From the NCBI GenBank assembly GCA_036172245.1, contig JAYWIR010000010.1:1488001-1552000 (forward strand): DNA of 64,000 nt, written 5' to 3'. This stretch comes from Raillietiella orientalis. Lineage: Eukaryota. The notes under the pieces were generated by a model. It worked only from the letters and a program-made list of their open reading frames with translations, did no database searches and had not been told where the DNA came from. Positions 1-13,747 of this stretch are shown piece by piece. The translations under genes were made by a program, and so were the position numbers. The first letter of the stretch is position 1, and each line of letters starts with the position of its first letter.

Positions 1-1786
1 ATTCATTCCGCCTGGCACGGATTATGTACTCATCTACTGCTACGCATCTGAAACACGATCTGATGATCATTACGTACACGAGCGATCCCCAGAAACACTT
101 TTGCCGATGCGAGTCGAAAGGAACCACCGAATCACGAAACACCGTCTTTCCCCTGGTGGCTTATCAGGCTCGGGCAGAACTCCCGACCCGTCTTAGATCA
201 GTCTAGGAAGCCGAGTTCGGTAAGATGGCGTCAGCACGGTGGAAAAAACGGATTCACCAGCCGAGCTGCGAAACGAGTTTGGCAAGAGCATGGCGTTTGG
301 CATGCACCATTCGAAGGCTTACCTTGGGTATCCGTATTTAAAATACTTCTGAGCCTCTGAGCACAAGGTGTTCTCCTGGTATGATTCGCAGAAACCTTCA
401 TGAGGATGAACTGTGCAGCCTCACATCCCTCGTTCCGTGAAAACGAACCTCTGTGTACGACGGCTTGGAAGCTCTGCAAGGATTAATGCACCACAAGATT
501 AGGATAGTGCAGCTTCCGTGAGGTCTTAAATCCCTTAAGCTGATTAGTCCCTATGGACTACCTAGCCACGGTTTCGCATCCTCTGCATCTGTTAGCAAGG
601 ACGCCAAAGATTCGAAATGCACCCTTTTCTGTGGATCTGACACACTTAGCAATCGGGCTTTAAACTGACAAACTCATGCATGGTTTCAAGAAGTTCAAGG
701 AGTCGATCACTTGCTGCTGAGAATTCTGCAATTCGTATCCTTGATTTTGAGATGACCGGCATGTACACGTCACAGTTCTTTAAACAGACTGAATAGAAGC
801 TTGCGAATCTGTACAGGAAAGGGAAAAGGACAAAAGGAAAAACGCAACATAAATCAAGCACGCACATAGAAAAAAGAAAAAAGAAAAAAAAAAAATGGCA
901 TCAGTTTCCTTTATTGAAACATATTCTCATTTGGAATCTGAAGTATAAAAGGAATATTTCTTTACACATTGAGAGTTTGAGTTTTCGCGATCCTCAGCAA
1001 ACGAAGCCAACATCTTTACGTCATCTTCAGATACTTCAAAAAAATGAGAATTTTCTGAAAAGTCTCGGATCACGTGATTTTAGTTGCAGGGTATCCAAAA
1101 ACAAAGGCGAATAATTGCAAACCGTTGCTCGATAGAACAACCAAAGGAAATTTTTTTCCATGAAAAATAAAATACCTCCGAAAAGGCCCATAACGGCAAC
1201 ACTGTTTTAGAGACATCAGGAGAGCCCCAAGATCGGAAGTTCAACAGTGCCGTAAGGAATACCCTATTTTGCGAGGAAAGCGATACAAACCATGCAAAGA
1301 CATTCTATAAAGATCTGTAAAGGCTGTTGGGAATCCCACCCCTACAAACAGAATAAGGCAACAAACTCCTGGAACAACTCTCCCAATCATTAGTCATCAA
1401 AGTTCATGGATTCAGGGTGTCATCCATGCGTTACTGTTCTCACTTTGAAGAAACTGCCTATTTTCAATTTTGAGGCGATGATATTTGAGCAAACAGCAGA
1501 TGATTGGGGAAATAGTGAACTTCTCGAGGAATCGGGCGGAAAGTAACGGAAAGTGTTCGGCACCGCAAATTTGCCTGCTGGAAACAATGAGTGTGATGTG
1601 ATGACCTCAGCAAACTGAGCTAGGTCGAAGGTCAACACTGCTACCTATGAAGCCATATTGGGTGTTCTTCAAACGTTTTTATGCACGGCTCTCATGCCCT
1701 CTTTAGAGGAAGAGCCAACTTGCCAGTTCTTCATCTCCCAAAATGGAAAATTTATTATTTCTGATTTAGACAAACCGATTTAGCCT

Positions 1787-1823
1787 TGATATCACATGAA
1801 GCATAATGCTTCATGTGATATCA
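1787..1823. repeat. Perfect palindrome, 18-bp arms with 1-nt centre
   Basis: TGATATCACATGAAGCAT-A-ATGCTTCATGTGATATCA, followed by a repeat of TAATGCTTC. Confidence 0.9.
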
Positions 1824-4800
1824 TAATGCTTCCTGAGCGATATTTCATCTTTTTCGTTTATGAGAAAATCGCATACCTCGTGAAATCTGTGCAGCATTTT
1901 CGATGAATAAAACACATTTTGCCTAACAAATATATACAAAGAAGATGCTTAGTTTGTGCATGATAGTCAATTTGGGAACAGACGTGCCTAGTTTCGCATA
2001 ACTATTTCGCATAATGAAAATGATTAGAAGACATGTTCCAAGTCCCTTTCTGTTCGATCTTCTCGGAACCGCCACTTTACTCTTAGGTCCACTCTTCCAA
2101 AGGTTCAAGGAAAGGACTCTTAAGGCGCGGAAATGAGAGAGAACTGTATTTAACACAATTTATTGTCCACTCTGCACCCAGATCCAAATATGAATCTCAC
2201 GCGATGTGAATTTATAACAAAAATTTATTTCGTTTTATTTGTTATCCTTTACGAATGCTGTGAGTAATGGGATCCACGACACAAGACCCGTGTGATGGAT
2301 GCAGCATGTGCTCTTCTTGGTGTTTCAGGTCTCAGTGTTTAGGAACGGTCTAATATGAGTTATCGCACTGATCCACCATCCAGCCTAAAGGCGAGCACGC
2401 AATTTGCCACGTTGTTCCCATCTAAAGAACTTGCGTAAACATCACGTTCCTTATCTGTTTCTTCCCCACAATGATGGCATTCTCAGATGCGAACTTTGGT
2501 GCACGTTATGGCACGAGACGTTGACTCTTCAGGTTTGGGATCTAACATGCCCACTCACCGGGCCTGCCAGAGAGAGATGGAACACAGGGAAAACGAAACT
2601 GTTCCCAGGTAAAAGCGATGCGCGCGCTGGAATGGTGGGAACTTTCTCTTGATTCCTGCCACGCACTGATTGCAGCACGGCGGGAAAGCATTTTGGAAGT
2701 CTTCTGTTCACTTGACAGGCGGATGGGAAACTTCCGAGAGAACATCTGGGCGAGGACCAACGACTGGAAGGGAGTTTGCTCTCAGCTGCTCCCTTTCCCC
2801 GAGTCCGAAGCAAGGAGGTCCGTCATCTCGCACTCCCTGCCACTGTTGGAGTGTTTTGATGCCTTCCTGTCAGCTAGAGAATCGTTTTCCTGCTGCTGCA
2901 ACTGGAAGAGGAGCGAGCTCGTCTCTTGAAGCAAGACCTGAGTGAAAGTCAGTCCAGAGAGAGAGAGATGGAGCATAGCGAAAATGGGAGGAGAATCTTC
3001 GAGATGAAAGCATCGTGAAGAGAAGCTTCTGCGATTGCCATGTGGCAGACGCAGTGGGAATAAAGAAAACGATTTCTTGCTTCTTTTTCACGTAGATTCA
3101 AGAACATGCATTCTTGCGTAGACGCATGTTCGTGTATGCAGCACATCTAAATGGAATTCATAACTGTAATGGGTAAGTTTGGATTCCTAGAGACCTAGAC
3201 AAATGCGTACAAAATGCGCGTGCACACATATATCCTGGATTCCGGATACTTGGTGGTACACGTTGGACCAGTACGATGCGGCGGCCCAACGAAGCAGTTG
3301 CTACGATCCTGCGACGCTACGTGTAAACCCTGAAAGAAAGGCTGCAAAAATGAACCTGCGGACATACTGGGCAAGTTGGCCATTTTGCCACCAGCTTTTC
3401 CAAATTCCTTCTTCTTCACGTTCGTGTCAATTCAGGAACAGGGCAAAGAAGGCAGTGGTTTCAGCATCAGCCTCAGATTCGTTCGTCTTTCCGGTGAAAA
3501 AATGGCGTCGTCTCCAGTGAGCAAACCGATGACTTTAGTGATGCCGCTTTCGCTCATTTAAAGGATGGGGTGATAAAGCAGAAGGCTTCACTGGGCAACA
3601 GATTATGCACTCGAATGAACTACGAAACAAATTAGAGCGAAGTATTTAATGCTTAAAATGTTCTTCGTGCTGAATTGCTCGTGAGTATTGTATTGGAGAA
3701 CTGTTAAAGTCTTTAACAGTTGCTATTGAAACAAATTACTTAACAAACTGTAGAAAAAGTTTCGACATTTAAACGCATAATACGCACTACTACCATGCGC
3801 GTGCTTACGACTATCCTTGTCATTGGCGGAGGAATTCAATCAGCGCTGGCTTGATGAGTTCTTTTGAGAGGCTGTGATCGAATGGATTCAGCAGAGGCAG
3901 CTAGTGCAGATGATGGACTGCCTTTATCTCCTTTCTGCATGAAGTGGCGTTGCGGTCCAACGATCAGTTTCATTGCATCCTGTGTAGTCTCTCGTTCCAC
4001 CTAAGTCGTTTCCTTGTACGCTAGTTCCTGTCTGAGTATTTCGATAGGATGCTTTTGAAAATTGCATCCCCACAATCTTCCCCGCCGCCGTACCATTCCA
4101 CATTACCATTAGTGGCTTCAAATTTTTTCCTCGCCTCCTAGCTGGTTGCAGTTTCGCAATGGCTCGCTCTTGGTGTGCTCCTGGCATCCCGGAACCCGCA
4201 TGCTTGAAACCGCAGCATACGAGGCAGTTTCGGACAGCCTGCTTCTTTCATACCAGTACCAGTATCGGCGATAAACTGAGCTTCCTGGGGAGATTAACCC
4301 TTGCACACACTCCCATGATCGCCGAAGATGATGTCAGCGGATTTCGTTCAATCGCTTCAAGTATGTGGCCCATCAGCTTTCCGTGGCGCAACAGCTTCAC
4401 ACTTCTCCACCCATATCATCAGTTGCCTGCATCAAAGGGATTGCGTTGGCAGGCAATAATCCCGGGAGGATACTTCTGATGTGCTAATTCAGGGTGCTCC
4501 ACACGGTGATCAAGGAAGCAGAAGCGTTTCCCGCGTTTTCTGCTGAAGTCCCAAGTCCCGCTCCATCAGCCACTTTTTGAAGATTTCCAAGCCGTCCGAG
4601 CATTCATAGGGGCAAAGTCACGTGCCGTGGTCCCATGCCTCGGTGAAACAGCACGACATCCCAAAGAAACAAAGAAAACCCTGCCTGCTGTGTCGATTAG
4701 GTTTTGTCCCTGAGGGAAAACCTGATCGACACTTGTTTCCAGTAATCAGAAGGCCCCGCAATTATTTATAAAAGGTGTCAGAATTTTTGAAACATGTCAG

Positions 4801-7503
4801 CAAAACACGTCCTTAAACAACACATACTTGTTCCAGCAACGTGCCACGTGTGTGAATATACAGACTAATAAGCCCATGTTCGAAATAGCTATGGATGCAG
4901 GGCATCCCCGTCGTCAGAACCAAAGTGCTTTCTTAGGAGCCTTTGGCCCTGGAGAAACTGCATGTTCCAAAAGACTGCAAACATTGTAGTCATTGATCCG
5001 ATATCCTTCATGAATGGAGCAGAGTGTCTGAATGATGGCTTCGTAGATTCTTGTTGCAGGTTTCTTCCCTTCTGGATCTGAAATTCTTGCTTCTTACCTA
5101 CTTCTTGGCTGTCTGGTAAACCCTCGGAGCTGAGAACTAAATATCTGAAGATCTCGTTTTTTTTTTGATCCCCGTGCATCAAATATCCCACCTGTCTCTT
5201 TCGGTCATCGATTCCTCACTCTGAGACCACTTTTCTGGCTCCTTCTTGGTAGGAGAGCCGTGTTACTTGCTTCCTTCCGCAGTGTCAGCGAGAGGCACCT
5301 CCAAACGTTCTCCGATGTCCGTCGAGACAGCCGGATCGCCAGACAGAAGGGTTCGCTGCTGGTTCTTCCCCAAACGTGTCCGTGGAACCGTCTGTTCTCC
5401 CACCGATGTGCTGCCGGCGTAGGAGTTCTGATCGCCCGAGACTTCTCCTCCATACTCTCGGGAACTTCTCGGCTTCCGATCTTACTGTCGACAGAAAGAA
5501 AACGAGCCCATCCAATTTTCTTTTCTAGAAAGTAAGGCCGGCATGGTGCCCCCACTCTTGTAAATGACACGTGCGCTCCATGTTCACGAGGTCACGAGTG
5601 ATGTGTCTTTTTTTTTTTCCATAACAGCAGCTTTGTGGCCACTCCAAAAGAAAAAAAAAAAAGGCCTGCTGGAAACGAGAGCGGGCGCGCGTCTCAGAAA
5701 GGCCTTTCCTTTTTTGGACAAGATGTTTCCGAGAGCGAAGGCAAAACTCTGTGCCAATTTTGCTCCGCTTATGTGGGTTAGTATAATCCACAGAAAGCGG
5801 GAAAGTGGAACTGCTGAACTCACTGCACATCAAGACGTCTAGGAATTTGTGAGCTCAGAAAATACAACAACAACAACATCAGACGCAACAACTCCAGCCA
5901 CTGCACGAACCACCTCTCTTCTACTTCTCTCCTCTGCTGCGGCCGTTCGCCGTTGAAGATGTGGAGCTCCCTCTCGGCAATGTTTCCGATCAATAGACGA
6001 CTCCTGGTCTGTTTTCACGTTTCAGTCGCCTCACGCCGCTAGCGTCTCCGCGCCAAGCCGCCACGAAGCTCTCCAGGACGATGCTGCGTACGGTGGCCGA
6101 GATAACGATCCAGACTCCTTCTTCATACCAAGACTTGAGGACGTTTCTGTCCGGGGTCACGTCCGAGAGATGGCCAAGCAGAGCAGCGACGTATGCAATA
6201 GGTATGACGGTAGGCCGCCGAGCGCCCGGGAAAATCCAAGCACTCCGGACCTTCGAAGACAGCGCGCCGAAAAGGCCATCAAAGAGTTCACGTTGGGTCT
6301 GCATGGGCGAGGTGCAAATTCACCTCTGGCGCACGCACACGTTCCAGCACAGGGGAACAGCGCGTTTCCGATGACCAAGAAGCACCCGGATCAGGGGAGA
6401 GCGCCATCGAGCCACTCCCTGCGTACCGGGGCTGCATAGACCACGTGTCTGAAGCGGCTCCCCGAGCGCCGCTTCAGACACTCTGCTCTATGCAGCCAGA
6501 TGCTCTCTCCAGACGTGAGGAGTCTTTGACGAGCTCTCTCGATCGTTCCGTGAGAAATCCCCACCTCGCTGCCACGAGATCCGGGAGGCTATCTGGTCAG
6601 TTTCACCGAGGAAGCAGCGCAACGAAAATGGAAGCCGATATGACCCCGAGCCGACCGGCTCAGAGCCCTGACCGGACCTGGCGCTCCTCACGTGAACGGA
6701 GGACCGGCTAAATGTCCATTGCGAGAAAGCGGAGACAGCACCGAAGACGACCCAAAAACGAGATACCAAACGCAGGAAACTGCCTCTCCTGCTTGCCGAC
6801 AGAGCGGTTCCAGGTTCCGCGTGAGCAATCGGTATGAGATCCCTGGGAGGGGCTGCTGCAGCCCGAAGAACGAAGAGGATGCTTAGAGAACTCGAGGTCC
6901 GCCTCTCAAAGGCGGAAACCACGAAGAGATGGATGGTGCGTGCTAACATGCAGCGTAGCCGGAACATAGGAGCAACTCCGGATCACCGGGCGGGATGGAC
7001 CAACTATCAGCGAGCTCCCGATCAGACGACCAGGTGGCGCCAGTTGAGAGAATCGATCTCAATCGATCGCATCCCTGAGTTCTAGAAAGAGCGCTGGCTC
7101 AAATAATCGTGTCGAGGATCCAGAAGGAACCACACCCAGTAGAAGCCTCGTTCCTTGATGTTCCCCGGTGCAATCAACTGACTTTCAGCAGTTTTCCAAG
7201 CTGAATCCAAAACCGTGCAGTCGTGTGGCGGAAAATGTAACCACACCTGCCATTACCGACGCTGGAGGCCTTTCCTTCCGAAGGCAGAGAGAATCGGAGC
7301 TTTGAAAGGTTTTCGTGTCCCCTGAGTGGGAGGCGATCTCGGGTGAAGCAACAGAACCTCTTTTGCTTTTCCGTATCCACGGATCAGTTTCGTTTTCCTC
7401 AGATGTGAGAGCATCTTCAGGTCCTCGAGACTGTCATGCCCGTCTCCTTCCATTCATTGGGCCCGCCTTTTCGTTTACAGTTTGCCTTTTTTCTTCGGTC
7501 ATG

Positions 7504-7850
7504 TTTTTTTATTTTTTAGCCGCTAAGTACTTAGGAACCGGTCGCCTCCTTGGGAGTATCGGAGATGCCGCTACAAAGGGATTCACAAGGCTCTTGAAAC
7601 CCTGTCAACGCCACCCGAGGGTGCGTGCAAGTCAGGGGGAAACTCCGAAGGGATACCACCCTAATGAATTCGAAGATGGAGCCCGTTCCTCTTACTCTTG
7701 TAAGAGAACCCCGAAGGGAACCACTCTCTTATTCTCTCTCCAAGGGGGACCCCGAAGGGGCAGCTCTTCATTTCTTCTCCGAAGGGAACCTGAAAAGGAT
7801 GCGCTTTATGATTTGCTTGCATATCCGCCCTCCCTTTCCTTCCCTGAAAA
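7504..7850 (-). mobile_element. 5'-truncated, more diverged copy A of the same SINE-like family
   Basis: aagtacttaggaaccggtcgcctcct, ccgttcctcttac, ccccgaaggg and ctcttcatttcttctccg match 11516-11880; the T-rich run at 7504-7517 is an A-tail on the minus strand. Confidence 0.6.
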
Positions 7851-10019
7851 TTTCTTCACGCCTTTCTACCTCGAAACGTTTCGAATTCTCCCATGTCCAC
7901 TTACACTGAATTGGGTTCTCTCCATGCCATGGAGGGAAACCAGTGAGTGGTCTATGTCTCTTTTCTGGTCTCCCTCCTGCGATCCGGCTCTTTCCCAAGT
8001 TCTCGCAGTTGCCCACCTGATATTCTCGCTCCTGGATTCATTTCACACCAGACCCTGGCCTTCTCACGACCTCTTTTCGACAGTGCTGTTGTGCTTCTTC
8101 GCAAGCGTTAGCCACTTGTACGCGTGGTTTACCTCTGAGCTCTCTGTGAGCCCCATGCATCCACACGAAGGATTGTCTTTGCAACCTCTCACCCAAGAAC
8201 TTCTTGATCACCTCTGTGGGATGACACCGTCTCCGCCATTCTTCATTCATGGGAAAACGGTCGCTTCGGGCATGTGGCTCACCTTGAATGGCCACCTCGT
8301 GAGAGCTGCGCCCACAAGGGAAGGTGTGGGTCGTAAACAAGACGCGTAGAGAGGGGCAGCACACTCTCAATCCTTGCCGCTTGTGATGAGTGCCTTGAGA
8401 CTTTTGGAGAAATCTGTCCCACGACCCCCCTCCTCTTCATGTGACCCGCATGCACGCGATCTGCAGGTGCAGTTCTCGCAATTCCGGATTCCAATAAAGG
8501 GCATCTTCCTATGCGTGGTATCCCTTGGAATTCCTTCTTAGCCTTTGAAACTCCATCTAAGGTCAACCGCTTCCCTTCTCCACGTCTTCATCGGTTCTAA
8601 GAAGGAGCCTTTCCAGGCTGTTCTCCTCAAGTTCATCTTCGGACGTCGTCTTCGTTGCTTCTTTGTCCACTGGTTTGTTGGAAAAATGAACGTCTTGTAA
8701 AACGACACGCGCTCCAGTCCAGTCCACAATCCTCCGACGCTACGAAGAATGCAGGCATCCCATCATCTCGACAAATGGCTTTGAAAAAGAAGCCACTCTC
8801 TCAGTCTCCCTTTCTCAATCCTTCCCCCTTCTCCTTTCACATCCAAACCCTTCGTCCTTCCCGTCCCGAAAAACACAGCCCCTTCGAAGAGGATACCATC
8901 GCATCCACTGTTAGACAATTCCCTCTCTTCATCTGGGATGAACCGCATCCTGCTGTCATGACTCACATCCCACACTCCACCCATAGACCTCTTCGTGGAC
9001 TTCATCTTGCCTTTCATCACCCGCTACCCTTTCCAATAATCTTAATCTCCACACGTGGATAATCCTCCTGCTGAAGCTCCTATCTCTCGGGCTGGACTGG
9101 ATTTATAATCATCTGCAGTGATCTCCCAGGCAACAACAAAACAGAGGAAATCAAGATCGCAAGATGGACGGCGCAAGCATGACCGAGAGGAGCAAATTAC
9201 CTATCTTAGTTCTTACCTACCTGATAAGGATCCTAGATCACTTGGTCGATGCAAACGGAGGATGCGAGTTCTATGTCACCTGGTAGCATCTCCAAGAGCG
9301 CCTCGACAAAGAGCACGGCCAGCTTCCGTGAAGAAATTGTCCGTGACGCCTGGAGGGTTCTCTTATCTCTCCGGAGGGATTTCGAATGAGTGGATGAGTC
9401 ATCCGGAAGAAGTTTGCATCGCGCCCTAGCGTCCCGCCAACTACTGGGAGAATACAGCAGCTGGAAACGATCAGCAAGATACCTCCTCGCCCGCAACCCT
9501 CTTCGGGGTTTCATGGAGGAAGCAAGGAAAAGGGGTAGAGAAAAAAAAATTGTGTTTTTTATTTTTTTTTTTTAAAAAAAAAAAAATCCATACTCTTCTG
9601 TGACCCCGGCGTTCGGTGCCCATTCAGGAATCTCCAGGAAGGAAGAGGATGCGTGCAGCAAGGACGCGCAGGACACGGGATAGGGATCGATGGGCATTTC
9701 CGGGGATCCGCTGGAGACCCGGGCGAGAGGGTGGAAAATCACCATCGACGATCTTCCTGAGCTAAGCCGAGCTCCCGAGATCCGGAAGCGCGTTACGGAG
9801 GGGTACCGGCTGGTAGGTTCAGCCGGGAAAGAGCGCACACTTTTTTTCGAGACGCTTGCTCCCATGGAGGCGATGATGAGTCTTTCAGAAATCCCAGGAG
9901 CATCTCCGAAACATTCCTGCGGATGAATAAATTTAGATAGCGCTTATCAGGGTCACCGCAATTCTGGGCAAAAACCGAAAGACCGGTCTCTCGGCCTTCT
10001 TTGATCTCTTCCCGTGTGA

Positions 10020-10041
10020 GCGCGCGCGCGCGCGCGCGCGC
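10020..10041. repeat. (GC)11 alternating purine-pyrimidine tract (potential Z-DNA)
   Basis: gcgcgcgcgcgcgcgcgcgcgc read directly. Confidence 0.85.
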
Positions 10042-11511
10042 ACGTTTTCCCTTCGTCTGTTGGAGGCAATGCCTTCTTTCGGACGTGGGGGAACCACCTC
10101 TTCAGACGGAACGTGGCTAAAGGCGATCTTTCTGCCCTTCTTCCCCGCCTTTTCTTCCCGATAGCTTTTGCCTGTGGGAGCCTCCACCGATTCGTCCCCG
10201 CGAGCGTGCGTGGAGGAGGCGGACGAGAGCGAGGAAAGCGGCTGCTGCTGCTAATGGAACCAGCAGATGCTTCTCACTTTCGGACATGGACGTTCTTCTC
10301 TCCCAGCACGCGCGACGCCCATCGCCCCTCACCTTACCACATGGAGGAAGGAGGAACCAATTCTGTAGCAGTGGCTCGCGTTGGCGCTCCGCCGCCGCCG
10401 CGCTGCGAGTGACACCTCGGGCTGACCGCACCGTCGGCTCGTCCGGAAGGAGTCAAGGCGGCGGTAGGGACGAGTCGCGCACCACCTCGTGAGCTCGGGA
10501 CAGCGCCAGACTTCGCGCGAGTTCAAAGGGCCTGCTGCCCGCCCATGGTTGCGTAAAAAGGGAAAGATAGGTCTGTTTAATGGACGGGCTAAATATGCGC
10601 TGCCGCTCCGCTCCTGACGAACCTTTAAACTCTTATCTGGACTTCTCTAATTAGGATTAACAGAGTGCTTTCCTGGAATGATATCCAAGGAGACAAGGAC
10701 ATCCTTTCGGACAGTGGTGATTTTAATACCAGTCCAACTGCATTTGCATTTTCGACGCAAATGGATGCAAAGGGCGGTCCAGAGATGAGGAAAGGAAGAA
10801 GGAAAAGGAATGATCGAAATTTTGTCCTATCCCTTTGGACTGCTGAGAACCGATGGTGGCTGGTTGGTGGTGGCTAACAAATAGTCACGTGGGGTGCTCT
10901 TTTCATCCCTCATCCCTGTCACTCGGAAGATGGAAGGCGCAAGCAACGCGGCTTCCGGCGGCAGTGGAAAACTCCGGTCAGCTTGAGGGGACGAGCCAGT
11001 TCGGAGAGGTGAGGAGGCGCCGCCGAGGGAGGAACTTCTGCGACCAAGGGTCTTCCGACGCGCGCCGCACGCTCGTGCTTCTGACGCACTTCCGTGTGTG
11101 CACAAACGCCGGTGGCAAGTGGTCGCGCCGAAGCACTGATGCAATCCCCTGATAGGCCATTTGGGCATTCCGGTCCTCAACCCACTTAAATGCACCTGCC
11201 GGTGTCTGCTGCGCATTACGTTACGTCGTTTGGCCACTCGCGGGGAAGGAAGGAAGAGGAGGAAGGGAAATGAATGGAGGAGGGAGAGGAACACCAGAGG
11301 CAGCCTCCTTTCCCCTCCTCCCCCTCCTCGCTCTGTCTTTCGTAGTTTTCCGAATTTCTTGCTCCTACTTCCAACCTTTGCACTTGCGCGTTAGGAAAAT
11401 CGAGACCTCGTGAAGGACGAAGTTCTGTGATTGGGAAGCAGAGCATCTTCCGTTGCCACCGCAATTTCTCAGAGGGATCGAGACTGCTCACCTCATGCCC
11501 CCTCCCTCGTG

Positions 11512-12255
11512 CTCCAAGTACTGAAGAACCGCTCGCCTCCTGAGGGGGGGGGACTCACAAAGATCCTGGGCACTGTCCACACCGCCCAAGGAAGCACGGA
11601 ACCCTTCAAGTCAGGGAAGACTCTCCAGGGACCACCTTAGGAATTCAGGAAGGGCTCTGGAGGAAGGAGTCCGTTCCTCTTACGCTTGGGAGGGAATGCC
11701 GAAGGAAACCCTCCTCGCCTTAGTTGTTTCCGGAGGTAACCCCGAAGGGAATATCTTCCTTTTTCGCTCCGGAGAGACTCCTTCCGAAAGGGAAGGCACT
11801 CTTCATTTCTTCTCCGGAGGGAACCACTCTTTTTTTCCTCCTCTGAAGAGAACCCCGAAAGGACGCTCCCAATTTCCCTGAAAGGCGTTCTCCGAAGGAA
11901 GCAGGCTCTCTCCTGACACGCTGGAGAGACAGCTCTTCTAAAGGGAGAAGGTATCAACCGGCTCTATGGTACCCTATGAAGGGTCTCCTCCCAAAGGAAG
12001 TGGATTTTTACAACCAAAGGGGCACTCCGGAAGAGCAACTTCCAATCCCGTCCAGACGGGGGAGGCCGGCTTCCACCAGTGCCTTACCCGAAGCTCGTGG
12101 GCCAACCAGCATCATCTTGGGGGGAAGGGAGCGACTTGAAACCCATGACGCACCCGTTTTTCGGAGTCGATCCTTCACGTGAGGATTCGAACCCGCAACG
12201 CTTGGTACTGCGCACGGAGACCGCAGCCACATGGGCCGCCACCACGGGCCCACCG
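11512..12255 (-). mobile_element. tRNA-derived SINE-like element (copy B)
   Basis: The minus strand reads GGGCCCGTGGTGGCGG..GTTGCGGGTTCGAATCCTC, with a perfect B box at 12183-12193; the body aligns along its length with 35300-35998. Confidence 0.72.
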
Positions 12256-12786
12256 CCAAAAAATCGGCAAGCGCGGCTGCCAACAAGACAAACACTGCTC
12301 TTTGATTCTTCGACCCCGTGTCTCTCTCTGAGCCGATCCTGTCTCCCGTTCGACATCCACCGTGCACCACTCCCTCGCCAGCGTAAAGCCTCCGCGATTG
12401 TCTCCACTCTTCCTGCATGGCCAAGCATTTTTCTCATGTCGAATCAGTAGGGAGAGCGCTGAAACATCTGTCTGGCGATCACAAGGACAAGAAGAAAATT
12501 TTCTTTCTCGAACTTCAGTGCTTAAGGTGTCCTTCGAAGAGCATCTCATCTTAAAAGCTCTCTCCTCCCAGAGGACCAGGAACGTCGTTGAAAAAGGGAA
12601 TTTCCAAATTGAAGACTCTTGTTAAACCACTTGACGCCATAGCTGGAAAATGGTACGATTGCTCGGCATGAGAAGTGCCGAGGCTTTCGAAGAATAACAG
12701 TAAATCTGCAAGGCATCGCTCTCGCAGCATCCAGACCAACCCAGAAACCGTCCATGTCATCCTCTTTGCCTGTCTTCTCGGCGAGT

Positions 12787-13747
12787 CCTTGTGGCGATGC
12801 CGTGGGATTCTTGGAGGTTCTGCCGCTACGGGAAGCGACCCACGCGAGTGCGCGTGTCCCAACAGTGGGGGACGATGGAGCGCACGATCGTTCCCGCTTC
12901 CCATGTGCGCCTCTGCTTTCCTTCTTGGAGATCCTCGACCTCCCCGGCACTTCATCACCGCGAAGGATCCCGCGAAGAGTTCTCTTGCTGGTCAGGCGAC
13001 GTGGCACCAACCAGTTCTCGCCGCTGCCTCTCCCTGTCTCGCGGCGCCTCTTCTGGTGACGCTGCCGAGCGTTTCCGGCGGGAGCGCGTTTCCTCCCCCC
13101 GGATGCGGTTTCACGTGCTCTCCCGGCATACATGGACGGTCGGCCGTTGGTGGGGTTCCTCGGGTCGGCGGTCGCACCCCTCTGCCTCTCCGTCGTCCGG
13201 GTGCGATTGCCGCCCGGTCCGCGGAGGATTCACCCGCGTTCTCCTCCGCATGAGCGGCCGGCGCCACGTCACCTACTCTGCTGCGAACTCGTGAACAGCC
13301 CAGGAACCTCTCGCGTGGACCAGCTGATTGAGCAGATTGACCACTGCTTGCGCCTGTTTTTGTGGTGTGGAAGTGGTTTCCACGATTCTTCTAGGTCTGA
13401 AGAGAGCTGCAGGCAGCTCACGGTAGCCGTGCCTCTGTGTTCTTTTTGGGGTTGGAAGAGGATGAAGATGCCTTCTTGTCGGGGATGTGGATACCCCGGA
13501 TCGGCTGCTGCTACTGCTGCACGTCCCGGGGAACCGCAGCACCGAAGCTGGCTCTGAAAGAGTGCGGCCGTGTTACAGCAACGATGCTGCTCCTGCCTCT
13601 TGCTTCTTCTTCCTCGGCGGTTCTTGCAACAGTCGCGTCCCATCCTGCTGTCGAAAACGGGGACTTCGGAGTTCGTCCGTTTCGTGTATGTGGGGAACCA
13701 CGGGTTGTCCATCACCCTCTTCGACAAAAAAGGCAATAAAGCCAAAC
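12787..13747 (+). repeat. 961-bp inverted repeat, left copy
   Basis: Reverse complement of 30499-31459. By eye there are only two substitutions (13216/31030 and 13497/30749). Identical peptides appear on opposite strands in the ORF track. Confidence 0.95.

Noticed and set aside
1150..1700. Possible RT relic on the minus strand (QYGF, FDL, GIPYGT)
   Set aside because: Motifs are short, in different frames, with no YADD; not distinguishable from chance by eye.
7315..8349. 344-aa ORF
   Set aside because: It runs through a SINE copy and its tail and has no coherent domain; at most a decayed LINE remnant.
11842..11870. CTGAAGA-GAACCCC-GAAA hammerhead-like string inside the SINE
   Set aside because: GAAA is GAAG in the other copy and there is no proper stem III or cleavage triplet.
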